Shown one piece after another: positions 29,985 to 39,139 of a stretch of DNA of 64,000 nt. Where the stretch lies: positions 704,001-768,000 of the forward strand of contig CAWGVS010000006.1 of NCBI GenBank assembly GCA_963826115.1, written 5' to 3'. The stretch comes from an uncultured Candidatus Rokubacteria bacterium (lineage in GTDB: Bacteria; Methylomirabilota; Methylomirabilia; Rokubacteriales; DASRDR01). The notes below the pieces were generated by a model that saw nothing but the letters and a program-made list of their open reading frames with translations, was not told the origin of the DNA and did not search any database. Each line of letters starts with the position of its first letter. Positions within the stretch are counted from its first letter, which is position 1. Both the position numbers and the translations under genes were made by a program.

Positions 29985-31181
29985 ATGAGAGACGCACGAC
30001 AGGTGCACGTCCGCCCCCCGCGCCAGCGTGCGCAGGCCGAGTCCCCGCCGAGAGCTCTCAGCTTTGGACGCGATACGGCCTTCCAGGTCGCGCTCCGGCA
30101 GCGGGTCGCGGAGTACTTCGACACCACGGGCCAGCGGCCGCGCGACTGCTGGCAGATGTACGCGAAGACGGCGATCCTCCTGGCCGGATTCGCGCTGTCG
30201 TACGTGCTGCTCGTGTTCGTGGCCCAGACCTGGGTGCAGGGCGTGGTCCTCGCCACCCTGCTCGGTCTGTGCGCCGCCGGAATCGGGCTCAACGTCCAGC
30301 ACGACGGCGGGCATCGGGCCTATTCGTCGTATCCATGGGTCAACCGGCTCATGGCCATGACGCTCGATCTGATCGGGGGCAGCTCCTACCTGTGGCGGTG
30401 GAAGCACGGCGTCTTCCACCACACGTACGTGAACATCACCGGCCACGACACCGATATCGAGTTCGGCAGCCTCGCGCGGCTCGCCCCGCAGCAGCGGCGG
30501 CGTTGGTTTCATCGGTGGCAGCACCTGTATCTCTGGCCGCTCTACGGGCTCTTGGCCATCAAGTGGCACTGCGTGGACGATTTCAAGAAATTGCTCCGGG
30601 GCCGGATCAAGCAGCATCGGGTGCCTTGGCCGAGAGGGCGGGAGCTGCTGATCCTCATCGCCGGCAAGGCGGTCTTCTTTTCGCTGGCCTTCGGGATCCC
30701 GATGCAATTCCATGCGCCGGCCGTCGTGCTCGGCTACTACGCGCTGAGCGGGATCGTCATGGGCTTCCTGCTGAGCCTGGTGTTCCAGGTCGCGCACTGC
30801 GTCGAGGAGGCCGCGTTTCCCGAGCCCCGTGCCGACACCGGGCGCCTCGATCACGCATGGGCCGTTCATCAGGCCGAGACGAGCGTCGACTTTTCTCGCG
30901 GGAGCCGGATCGTGTCGTGGCTCCTCGGGGGCCTGAATTTCCAGATCGAGCACCACCTGCTGCCCCGGATCAGCCACGTCCACTACCCGGCGATCTCGGG
31001 GCTGGTGGAGCAGACGTGCCGGGAGTTCGGGGTCCGGTACACGGCGCACCGCTCGTTGTGGGCCGGGATGGGCTCGCACTTTCGCTGGCTGCGCCGCATG
31101 GGCATGCCGGATGCGATGCGTCAGCCATGGGCCGGATCCGGCCTTCCGACGACCGAGGGAGGCCTCCGGGCCGAGCCTTGA
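29985..31181 (+). CDS. Membrane fatty acid desaturase (front-end/delta-6-like)
   Basis: Three His boxes HDGGH, HGVFHH and QIEHH; GGLNFQIEHHL. Confidence 0.92.
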   Translation: MRDARQVHVRPPRQRAQAESPPRALSFGRDTAFQVALRQRVAEYFDTTGQRPRDCWQMYAKTAILLAGFALSYVLLVFVAQTWVQGVVLATLLGLCAAGIGLNVQHDGGHRAYSSYPWVNRLMAMTLDLIGGSSYLWRWKHGVFHHTYVNITGHDTDIEFGSLARLAPQQRRRWFHRWQHLYLWPLYGLLAIKWHCVDDFKKLLRGRIKQHRVPWPRGRELLILIAGKAVFFSLAFGIPMQFHAPAVVLGYYALSGIVMGFLLSLVFQVAHCVEEAAFPEPRADTGRLDHAWAVHQAETSVDFSRGSRIVSWLLGGLNFQIEHHLLPRISHVHYPAISGLVEQTCREFGVRYTAHRSLWAGMGSHFRWLRRMGMPDAMRQPWAGSGLPTTEGGLRAEP

Positions 31182-31287
31182 CGGTCTCCGCGACGGCGCC
31201 GGAGTGGATGAACGTCGGCCGGCGCAGGAGGCCAAGACGCCCGCCCACTCGAGGGTGTGGTGGCAACCATCGGTCGGAGCCGCGCTG

Positions 31288-31361
31288 GACGTCTGCGTCA
31301 TCGCAGTGCTCGACGGGCCCCTCTCAAGACTGAGTTCCGGAGTCGAATCCCGTGGGCGTCC
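31288..31361 (+). pseudogene. Degenerate tRNA-Glu(CTC)-like sequence
   Basis: 74 nt; acceptor stem GACGTCT/GGGCGTC, D stem GTC/GAC, anticodon loop CTCTCAA, T-loop-like GTCGAATCCCG; anticodon and T stems carry mismatches. Confidence 0.45.
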
Positions 31362-31553
31362 CCCTCCCCGGAGGACGATTCCGCGCGGAAGGCTGCCGCG
31401 CGCTGAGACCTCCCTGCTGAGCCCGGCGCAGCGCCCGCTCTCGTCCGTCCGGCCATGAATGCGATGCGCCCCCTGGGCATGGGTGACGGCCCTGCTCGCG
31501 GCGCGAACCTCGGGGCCGGGTCCCCGTGTCCAAAGGGCTCGGGAGAGGTGCCC

Positions 31554-32336
31554 ATGAGACAGGGTCGCCGGGAGTTCCTGGGTCTCGCCGCCGCCGCCGC
31601 CAGTCTTGTCGCCGGACGCCATGCCCCGGTGGGCCTGGCGGACGCGTCCACGGGAGCGCCGATCAGGGCGGTGGCCCTGGACGCGCTGACCGTGTTCGAT
31701 CCCGGCTCCGTCGTCGCCGTCGCGGACACCCTGTTCCCCGGTCGGGGCGCCGCGCTCGCCGCGGCCTGGCGCACGCGGCAATTCGAGTACACGTGGCTCC
31801 GGACGGCCGCCGGGCGCTACGCGGATTTCTGGACCGTCACGGGCGACGCGCTGGTCTTCGCCGCCCGTCAGCTGGGGCTCGAGCTCGCCACCGCGGGCCG
31901 CGACCGCCTCATGCAGGCGTTCCTCGAGATCAAGGCGTATCCCGACGCGCGGCCGGCGCTGGCCGCGCTGCGGCAGTCGGGCCTCCGCCTCGCGTTCCTG
32001 ACCAACATGACGGAGACGATGGTGGACGCCGCTGTCCGGAGCTCGGGGCTCGACGGGCTCGTCGCGGATGTCCTCAGCACCGACCGCGTGCAAGCCTACA
32101 AGCCGGACCCTCGCGCCTACCAGATGGGCGTCGACGCCTTCGGCCTGCCGCGCGACGCGATCGCGTTCGCCGCGTTCGGCGGCTGGGACGCCGCAGGCGC
32201 CAGGTGGTTCGGCTACCGGACGTTCTGGGTGAATCGCGCCGGCGTCCCTCTCGAGCGGCTCGGCGTGGAGCCGGACGGCATCGGCCCGGACCTCTTCGCC
32301 CTGGCCAGGTTCCTCGGGGCACCGCCGGCCGCCTGA
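31554..32336 (+). CDS. Haloacid dehalogenase type II (HAD superfamily) with Tat signal peptide
   Basis: GRREFLG twin-arginine motif; WRTRQFEYTW, YADFW, YKPDPRAY, WDAAGA, WVNR. Confidence 0.88.
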   Translation: MRQGRREFLGLAAAAASLVAGRHAPVGLADASTGAPIRAVALDALTVFDPGSVVAVADTLFPGRGAALAAAWRTRQFEYTWLRTAAGRYADFWTVTGDALVFAARQLGLELATAGRDRLMQAFLEIKAYPDARPALAALRQSGLRLAFLTNMTETMVDAAVRSSGLDGLVADVLSTDRVQAYKPDPRAYQMGVDAFGLPRDAIAFAAFGGWDAAGARWFGYRTFWVNRAGVPLERLGVEPDGIGPDLFALARFLGAPPAA

Positions 32337-32398
32337 CGTTGTCTCGGCGAGGCGCTCCGCCGCGTCACCGGCTCCGCGATCTGGCGTAGACTGACACG

Positions 32399-34030
32399 GT
32401 GCCGAGGGCCTGGGCCGCTCATCTCGCTTGCACGGTGATCGCCGCGGCGCTGCCGTGGATCCCGGTGACGGCGTCCGCGGCCCGCGAGACCGCGGACGAG
32501 CCGGGGGAGACGAAGATCGTCACGGCTCCGGTCGTCCTGGACGGCGAGCTCTTGTTCCGGGTCCGTGGCGTCCCGGCGTTCCCCGCCGAGGAACGCGCGC
32601 GCCTGATCGCGGAGCGCATCGCGGCCGTCGCCGCGGATCCCGCCGTGGACCCTGGCTCGCTGCGCGTTGTCGAGGCCGACGGCCGGAGCGAGTTCTTCGC
32701 CGGCGAGCGCCGGATCGCCGGCGTCGTGGACGCGGACGCCGTCGTCGAGGACGTGAGTCGGCCGACGCTGGCGGCGGCGAACCTGCTCCGGATCCAGGCC
32801 GCGATCGAAGCATACCGGCGCGACCGCCGCCCGGACATGCTGCGGTCGGCGGCCGCGCGGAGCGCGGCCGCGCTGGTCGCGCTCCTCATCGGAGTCAGCC
32901 TCGTCGTCTTCCTCTGGCGCCGCGCCAAGCGGTGGCTCGATCGCCGCATCGAGCGCCGCCTCAAGTCGATCACGTTCCAGTCCCTCGAGCTCGTGCAGGC
33001 CGAGCGCATCCGCGGCACGCTTCGCGGGGCCCTGGCCGCCCTGGCCACGATCGCAATCCTCGAGCTCGGGATCGCGTGCCTGTCGTACGCGCTCGTACAG
33101 TTCCCCTGGACGCGGGCCGCCGGCCGCGGCCTGGTGCGAGCCTCCACGGCGCCACTGGTGGGGCTGGGCTCCGGATTCCTGGCTTGGCTCCCGGACCTGG
33201 TCTTCCTCGCGATCCTCTTCGTGGTGACCCGCTACGCGCTCGGGCTCCTCTTGCTCTTCTTCGGCGCCGTCGATCGGGGCACCGTCAAGCTCGGCAAGTT
33301 CGACCGCGAGTGGGCGTGGCCGACGTACCGGATCGTGCGCCTCCTGATCCTGGCCCTCGTGGCCGCGGTGGCGTACCCGTCCATTCCCGGCTCGAACACG
33401 GAGGCGTTTCGCGGCATCTCGATCTTCCTCGGGGTCGTCTTCTCGCTCGGCGCCTCGGGGGTGGTCGGCAACATGATCGCGGGCTATTCCATGATCTACC
33501 GCCGGACGTTCAAGATCGGCGACCGCGTGAAGATCGGCGACGTGGTCGGCGACGTGACCGAGATGCGCCTCCAGGTGACGCACCTCCGCACCCCCAAGAA
33601 CGAGGAGGTGATCGTCCCGAACTCGGAGATCCTGGGCGGCGACGTGGTGAACTACAGCGTCTACGCGCGCGAGGGGCAGCTCATCCTGCACGCCACGGTC
33701 GGCATCGGCTACGAGACCCCCTGGCGCCAGGTCGAGGCGATGCTGGTCCTGGCGGCGGAGCGCACGGAGGGGCTCCTCCGGGAGCCGCCCCCGTTCGTGC
33801 TCGAGAAGGGGCTGGGCGACTTCGCCGTGACCTACGAGATCAACGCCTACTGCGGGGACGCCAGTGCGATGGGGCGCGTGTACGCGGCGCTCTACCGGAA
33901 CATCCTCGACGTCTTCAACGAGTACGGCGTGCAGATCATGACCCCGGCGTACGAGGGCGATCCGGAGCGGCCCAAGGTCGTGGCGAAGGAGCAGTGGTTC
34001 GAGGCGCCGGCCCTCAAGAACGAGAAATGA
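32399..34030 (+). CDS. Small-conductance mechanosensitive channel (MscS family) with periplasmic N-terminal domain
   Basis: NMIAG, FKIGDRVKIG, VIVPNS, VGIGYETPW, FNEYGVQIMTP. Confidence 0.9.
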   Translation: MPRAWAAHLACTVIAAALPWIPVTASAARETADEPGETKIVTAPVVLDGELLFRVRGVPAFPAEERARLIAERIAAVAADPAVDPGSLRVVEADGRSEFFAGERRIAGVVDADAVVEDVSRPTLAAANLLRIQAAIEAYRRDRRPDMLRSAAARSAAALVALLIGVSLVVFLWRRAKRWLDRRIERRLKSITFQSLELVQAERIRGTLRGALAALATIAILELGIACLSYALVQFPWTRAAGRGLVRASTAPLVGLGSGFLAWLPDLVFLAILFVVTRYALGLLLLFFGAVDRGTVKLGKFDREWAWPTYRIVRLLILALVAAVAYPSIPGSNTEAFRGISIFLGVVFSLGASGVVGNMIAGYSMIYRRTFKIGDRVKIGDVVGDVTEMRLQVTHLRTPKNEEVIVPNSEILGGDVVNYSVYAREGQLILHATVGIGYETPWRQVEAMLVLAAERTEGLLREPPPFVLEKGLGDFAVTYEINAYCGDASAMGRVYAALYRNILDVFNEYGVQIMTPAYEGDPERPKVVAKEQWFEAPALKNEK

Positions 34031-34140
34031 GGGGGCCGATCCGGCGCGGGGGCGCCGAGGCGCGTCCGCCCATCAGCCCTCGAGGTGACGTGACTGCCGG
34101 CGCGGCGCAGACGGCGCGCCGGGGGTGTCGGAGGCGAAGG

Positions 34141-34875
34141 ATGGTCTCGAGCTCACGCATCGTGGTGGTCGCCGGCGCGCTCGCGCTGGCCATGCTGGCC
34201 TTCGCCGCCGACCCGGTCGAGGATCTTGGAGCGAGCGTCTCGCGGGTCGGGCAGGTCGAGACTGCCGTGCGCAAGGGCATCGCGGGGCTCGGGGCGGTGC
34301 CAGCCGCGTTGGACCGGAGCGCGGACCGGTTCACGCGCTTCGTCCGGGATCTCCAGGGGAAAGGCGGCGCGGTCGACCCGAACGCGCTCGTGCAGGAGGT
34401 CCTGAGGGAATCGTACCTTCAGACCACCGAGGATCTCCGCTCCTACGCGGACAAGGTCAAGTACTACAACGAGCAGAAGAAGGCGCTCCGCGACTCCCTC
34501 GGGCCGATTCGCGACGCCGAGGCGCGCCTGAGGGCCACGGGCCGCACCGTGACGGACCTCAGGGTGGCCGGGCTCGAGCAGGCGGTGAAGGGGCTGGACG
34601 CGTACGATCAGGGCGTCGAGCGGATCCGCGAGAGCCTCGGGCGCCGGGCGGCGCGTCTCCAGGCGCTGAACCCGCGCGACCCGAACGTCGCGAAGGCCCT
34701 GACCGCGGCCCTCCAGGAGTCCGTCAAGGACATCAACGAGGACAAGAAGTACTGGCTCAAGCACATCGAGGACATGAACAAGGCGGCGGGCGCGGTCGGC
34801 GACCAGCAGAAGAAGCTCGCCGACGCATCGAAGAAGCTCGCGGACGAGGAGAAGAGGAAGGTCAGGTCCCGCTGA
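34141..34875 (+). CDS. Hypothetical exported helical/coiled-coil protein
   Basis: Signal-peptide-like N-terminus (IVVVAGALALAMLAFA); strongly coding-like codon usage; two related helical segments. Confidence 0.75.
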   Translation: MVSSSRIVVVAGALALAMLAFAADPVEDLGASVSRVGQVETAVRKGIAGLGAVPAALDRSADRFTRFVRDLQGKGGAVDPNALVQEVLRESYLQTTEDLRSYADKVKYYNEQKKALRDSLGPIRDAEARLRATGRTVTDLRVAGLEQAVKGLDAYDQGVERIRESLGRRAARLQALNPRDPNVAKALTAALQESVKDINEDKKYWLKHIEDMNKAAGAVGDQQKKLADASKKLADEEKRKVRSR

Positions 34876-34978
34876 CGGAGCGCTCGCGCCAGGGTCGAGG
34901 GAGGACGAGTCGCGCGACGTGTGAGACCTCGGCGGCCGTTCGGGACCGGATGCGATGCGGGCCGGACCGCCCGCCACG

Positions 34979-35473
34979 ATGGCTGACCTCGACCGCTTCC
35001 GGGCTGCCCAGGCGGATCCGGGGACCGGCTTCGACACCGCGCTCGCGGAGCTGCGCGCCGGGCGGAAGACGAGCCACTGGATCTGGCACGTGTTCCCACA
35101 GCTCGCGGGGCTCGGGCGATCGCCGCGGGCCCGGCACTTCGGCCTGGCGGACGTCGGCGAGGCGACCGCCTACCTGCGCGATCCCGTCCTGGGCGCGCGA
35201 CTCGCGGAGGCCGTGGCGGCCGCGCACTCGCACGTCACCGGACCTCGCCCGATCCCGATCGAGACGCTGATGGGCTCGCCGATCGACGCGGTCAAGCTGG
35301 TCTCCTGCCTGACGCTGTTCCGGCACGTGGCTCGCTCGCCCGCCGCCGGCGCGCCGCGGCCGGCCTGGACGGCGCTGGCCGAGCAGTCGGACGCGATCCT
35401 CGACGCCGCCCGCGTCCAGGGGCTCCCGCCGTGCGCGTTCACCGAGGAGGCGTGCCGCGCCGGATCGCCCTGA
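34979..35473 (+). CDS. DUF1810 family protein
   Basis: DLDRFRAAQ, ELRAGRKTSHWIWHVFPQLAGLGRS, AYL..PVLGARL, DAVKLVSCLTLF. Confidence 0.88.
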   Translation: MADLDRFRAAQADPGTGFDTALAELRAGRKTSHWIWHVFPQLAGLGRSPRARHFGLADVGEATAYLRDPVLGARLAEAVAAAHSHVTGPRPIPIETLMGSPIDAVKLVSCLTLFRHVARSPAAGAPRPAWTALAEQSDAILDAARVQGLPPCAFTEEACRAGSP

Positions 35474-35606
35474 CCCCGGCGCGGGCGCCACGCTCGCGCC
35501 CGTCCGATCGGGTGGCCCGGCGTCAGCGCCGGCGGTCGAGCGAATGGGGCCGGTCGCCGGGGTCGCTCGAATTCCGGCGCGGGGCTGGTCTGGTGCCGGC
35601 CGGCGG

Positions 35607-36131
35607 TCAGCGCTCCGGCCGGTAGGGCGCCTCGCGCATGTCGCCGACGAAGTCGGGCAGCTCCCGGTGGCCCAGCATCTGCCGGACCGCGGCGGTCTCG
35701 CCGGTGTGGAACCAGTAGTGGTAGAGGTTGCGCAGCAGGAGCGTGCCCACGGTCTCGGCCACCGGCGCGCCGTCGCGCGCGAGATGCGTCTCGAGGAGCG
35801 CCGGCGTCAGGGTGTCGAGGTACGCGTCGGCGGCGGCCGTGATCGTGCGCCACGCCGCCCACATCTCTCCGAGCGGCGGCGTGCTGGCCGGCTTGCCGTA
35901 GCCGACGCGGTCGTGGAGCCCGGGCGCCACGTCGATCCCCTGGGCCCACACGACCCAGTAGCGGTGCTCCTGGTTGGCGAGGTGGCCGACCATCCAGCCG
36001 ATCGAGTTCATCGGCATGACGCGCCGGAGCCCGTCGGCCTCCGAGACGCCCTCCAGACCCCGCGCGAACTCGCGGCGCGCGAAGCGCAGCTGGGTGACGA
36101 GGGGATGCGGCGAGACCGGGCCGCCCGTCAT
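35607..36131 (-). CDS. DinB family protein
   Basis: MNSIGWMVGHLANQE, YHYWFHTGE; ATGA overlap with upstream gene. Confidence 0.88.
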   Translation of the reverse strand: MTGGPVSPHPLVTQLRFARREFARGLEGVSEADGLRRVMPMNSIGWMVGHLANQEHRYWVVWAQGIDVAPGLHDRVGYGKPASTPPLGEMWAAWRTITAAADAYLDTLTPALLETHLARDGAPVAETVGTLLLRNLYHYWFHTGETAAVRQMLGHRELPDFVGDMREAPYRPER

Positions 36132-37597
36132 CGCGGCACGCCGGGGGCGATGCCGGCGGCCCCGATCTCGATGAGCCGGCCGCCCTCGCTGACCGGGCGG
36201 AACAGGCGGAGCAGCTCCTCCGTGCCCGTGCCCGGCGGATAGAAGTACTCGGCGCGCTCCGCCGAGAGCGCGGTGGACGCGATCAGCCGGTCCTCGCGGG
36301 GCACGCCCATCAATCGCTCGACGGCGAGCCACGCCACGCCGGGGCCGAGCTTGAACCCGGTGCCGCACCCGCTCCCCGCGTAGAAGACCGAGCCGTCCGT
36401 TCCCGGCACCTCGCCCTCGAACGGCAGCTCCTCCGGATTCATGTAGTAGGCGCCCCCGGGGATGTCCGCCGGCGTCCGCCCGAGGTTGAGGCCGTTCGAC
36501 GTCAGGACCGGGAAGCGCGGCATGAGCGCGACCACGCTGTCGAGCATCACCTGGTCGAGCCCCACGCGCATCCCGTCGAGGACGCCGCCCGTCGGCTGGT
36601 AGTCGTCCGGCTGGAGGGCGTGGTGGTGGTTGCCGCAGACGAGGCCGTGGCCCTCGGGGCGGAAGTAGATGTTGCGCCAGTGGGAGATGACCGGCGCGTC
36701 GATCACCTCGAGCTCCCGCCACCCGACCGCCGGCTCGCCGATCCGGACGCGCGCCTGCGCGAAGTCGAGGTCCGGCGAGTTCCGGATGTAGGGGAGCTGG
36801 TGGAAGCTCGTGAACGTCGGCATCTCCCAGCCCGCGACCTGCCGCACGAGGGCGCCGTTCCCGCGGCCCGCCGCCAGCACCACGCGGGGGGCGAACGCCG
36901 TCGACCGCTCCGTCACGCGGCGCTCCGGGCCGTCCTGGGTCCAGCGCTCGAACACCACGCCGGTCACGCGGTCGCCGCTCCGCACGAAGTCGACGACGCG
37001 CGAGTAGAGGCTGACGGCGACGCCGGCCTGGAGGCCCGCGTCGAGGAAGCCCGTGAGCGCGGTGCCGCCGTCCGCGAAGCCGCCGTCGTCGTCGACCAGG
37101 ACGTGCGTGAAGTCGTCCGGGTCGAGGATCTTCTCGAGGTTCGCCCGGCGGGGGGCGGTCAGGCTGCCGAGGTACCGGTCGCGCGTCTCGACGCGGAGCC
37201 CCTGGCCCGCGCCGCGGGCGATGCGCTCGATCTGGTCGAGGATGCCCGGGCGCTCGCCCTCGTCGACGAACCGCCCCCAGCCCGTCCGGACGAAGCCGAG
37301 ATGCACGGGGCGGCGGAGCTCGAGGGCCTCGGTGGGCCGCGTGTAGATGCGGCGGCCGAAGGCGGCGACCTTCAGGACCTCGAGGTTCGAGTACGAGATG
37401 CGGATGATCCCGCCGGTGTTCACGGTGATGCACTCGCCCGGGATCGCGTTGTCCTCGAGGACGAGGACGCGCGCGCCACGCCGCGCGAGGAAGAACGCCA
37501 CCGGGAGGCCATAGATCCCGGCGCCCACGACGATCACGTCCCACGGACCGGACGGGACCTTCGCGTCGCGCCCCTGGAACACCTGGCCCTCGGTCAT
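36128..37597 (-). CDS. FAD-dependent oxidoreductase (DAO/sarcosine oxidase beta family)
   Basis: DVIVVGAGIYG, VVLAAG, IYFRPE, GSGCGTGFKLGPGV. Confidence 0.88.
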   Translation of the reverse strand: MTEGQVFQGRDAKVPSGPWDVIVVGAGIYGLPVAFFLARRGARVLVLEDNAIPGECITVNTGGIIRISYSNLEVLKVAAFGRRIYTRPTEALELRRPVHLGFVRTGWGRFVDEGERPGILDQIERIARGAGQGLRVETRDRYLGSLTAPRRANLEKILDPDDFTHVLVDDDGGFADGGTALTGFLDAGLQAGVAVSLYSRVVDFVRSGDRVTGVVFERWTQDGPERRVTERSTAFAPRVVLAAGRGNGALVRQVAGWEMPTFTSFHQLPYIRNSPDLDFAQARVRIGEPAVGWRELEVIDAPVISHWRNIYFRPEGHGLVCGNHHHALQPDDYQPTGGVLDGMRVGLDQVMLDSVVALMPRFPVLTSNGLNLGRTPADIPGGAYYMNPEELPFEGEVPGTDGSVFYAGSGCGTGFKLGPGVAWLAVERLMGVPREDRLIASTALSAERAEYFYPPGTGTEELLRLFRPVSEGGRLIEIGAAGIAPGVPR

Positions 37598-37687
37598 GGG
37601 AGCCTCGCCGGCATCGGTGTGCGCACCGCCCGCACATCTTGACACCGGTTCCGGCGAGACGGGTAGCCCCCGCCTCGGGTGTGGACG

Positions 37688-39139
37688 CTAGGCGGCCGGC
37701 AGATGCACGGTGAACACGCTTCCCGCCTTCGGCGCGCTGTCGAGCGTGATGGCGCCCCCGTGCGCGAGCGCGATCGAGCGGGCGATGGCGAGCCCGAGGC
37801 CGGCGCCACCGGTCTCCCGCGAACGCGCGTCGTCGAGGCGGACGAACGGCTCGAAGATCCGCGCGTGGTCGGCGGGGTCGATCCCGATCCCGGTGTCGCG
37901 GACGGTCACCTGGATCTGCTGGCCGGCCTCCCCGGTCCGGGACAGGCCGAGCTCGATCACCCCGCCCGCGGGCGTGTACTTCACCGCGTTCTGCACCAGG
38001 ATCAGGAGCAGGCGGCGGAGCGCGGGCGCGTCGCCCATGACGGCGGCCGGCTCGGCGGCGCCCATGCGCACCGAGACTCCGGTGCCGTCCGCCAGCCGGA
38101 GGCCGACGTCGAACACGTCGAGCACCAGCGGCTCCAGCTCGACCCGCCGGCGCGCCAGCCCGGCGCCGGCCGTGGCCCGCGACAGGAGCAGCAGGTCCTC
38201 GGCCAGCCGGATGAGCCGATCGACCTCCTCGAGGCTCGCCTGGAGGGTGCGCGTGTGCTCCTCGGCCGTGCGCGGATGGCGGAGCGCGACCTCGAGCCCG
38301 CTCTTCAGCGCCGTGAGCGGGGTGCGGAGCTCGTGCGCGGCGTCCGCCGTGAAGCGCCGGAGCTCGGCGAAGGCGGCCTCGAGGCGCGCCAGCGTCACGT
38401 TCAGCGTGTCGGCCAGGTAGTCGAGCTCGTCCTCGGCGCCGCGGCGGGGGACCCGGCGCGCGAGGTCGGCGGCCGTGATCTCGCGCGCCTGCTGCGCCAT
38501 CGCGCGCACGGGCGCGAGCGCCCGCCGCGCGATCCACGCGCCCCCGACCGCGCCCAGGCCGAGGCCCACGGGGAACATCGCCAGCAGGATCTGGAGGTAC
38601 CGGTCGAGCGCCGTGTCGACGCCCGCGAGCGTCATCCCCGCCTGGACGAGCCCCGCGGGCCGGCCTTCGCGCCGGATGGGCAGGGTCACGACGCGCACGT
38701 GCTCGCCCTGCGGCAGCATGAGCGTCTCGAACGTCTCGCGTCCCCGCGCGGCGTTCCGGCGCGCCTGGGCCGAGAGCGGCAGGGGGCCGCTCAGGCGCGG
38801 CGAGCGCCGGCCCGGCTGACCCTCGGGGTCGAACAGCTGGAAGAACGTGTCGAGGAGTCGCGAGCCCAGGACCTCGCGGAGCTCCTCCGGCGCCGGGTTG
38901 ATCAGGAATCCCGTGCGCGCCTGGCCGGTCGCGCGCATCACCTCGGCGACGGCCAGGATCGAGGAGTCGACGTCGCGGACGAGGCTCCAGGCCAGGACGC
39001 GGTAGGAGAGAACGCCCATGCCGGCCAGGATGGCCAGCAGGAGGGCGCTGTACCAGAGCGTCAGGCGCGTCCGGACCGAGAGCGGCCGGAGCCAGCGGCG
39101 GCGGGCGGGCGGGGGCTCAGGCCCCGTCGCGGAGAACGT
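37688..39139 (-). CDS. Sensor histidine kinase (HAMP-HisKA-HATPase; CusS/heavy-metal-sensor-like); start codon unresolved, candidate ACG
   Basis: SVRTRLTLWY upstream of the track's ATG; DAAHELRTPL, NAVKYT, DTGIGI, GAGLGLAI. Confidence 0.88.
   Translation of the reverse strand, partial: TFSATGPEPPPARRRWLRPLSVRTRLTLWYSALLLAILAGMGVLSYRVLAWSLVRDVDSSILAVAEVMRATGQARTGFLINPAPEELREVLGSRLLDTFFQLFDPEGQPGRRSPRLSGPLPLSAQARRNAARGRETFETLMLPQGEHVRVVTLPIRREGRPAGLVQAGMTLAGVDTALDRYLQILLAMFPVGLGLGAVGGAWIARRALAPVRAMAQQAREITAADLARRVPRRGAEDELDYLADTLNVTLARLEAAFAELRRFTADAAHELRTPLTALKSGLEVALRHPRTAEEHTRTLQASLEEVDRLIRLAEDLLLLSRATAGAGLARRRVELEPLVLDVFDVGLRLADGTGVSVRMGAAEPAAVMGDAPALRRLLLILVQNAVKYTPAGGVIELGLSRTGEAGQQIQVTVRDTGIGIDPADHARIFEPFVRLDDARSRETGGAGLGLAIARSIALAHGGAITLDSAPKAGSVFTVHLPAA

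Noticed and set aside
32428-34875. 815-aa ORF overlapping mscS
   Set aside because: Only the last 244 codons (from ATG 34141) look coding; the rest is an alternative frame of mscS.
37638-37647. Third CTTGACACCG copy
   Set aside because: It points antisense to the flanking genes and has no matching -10 element.
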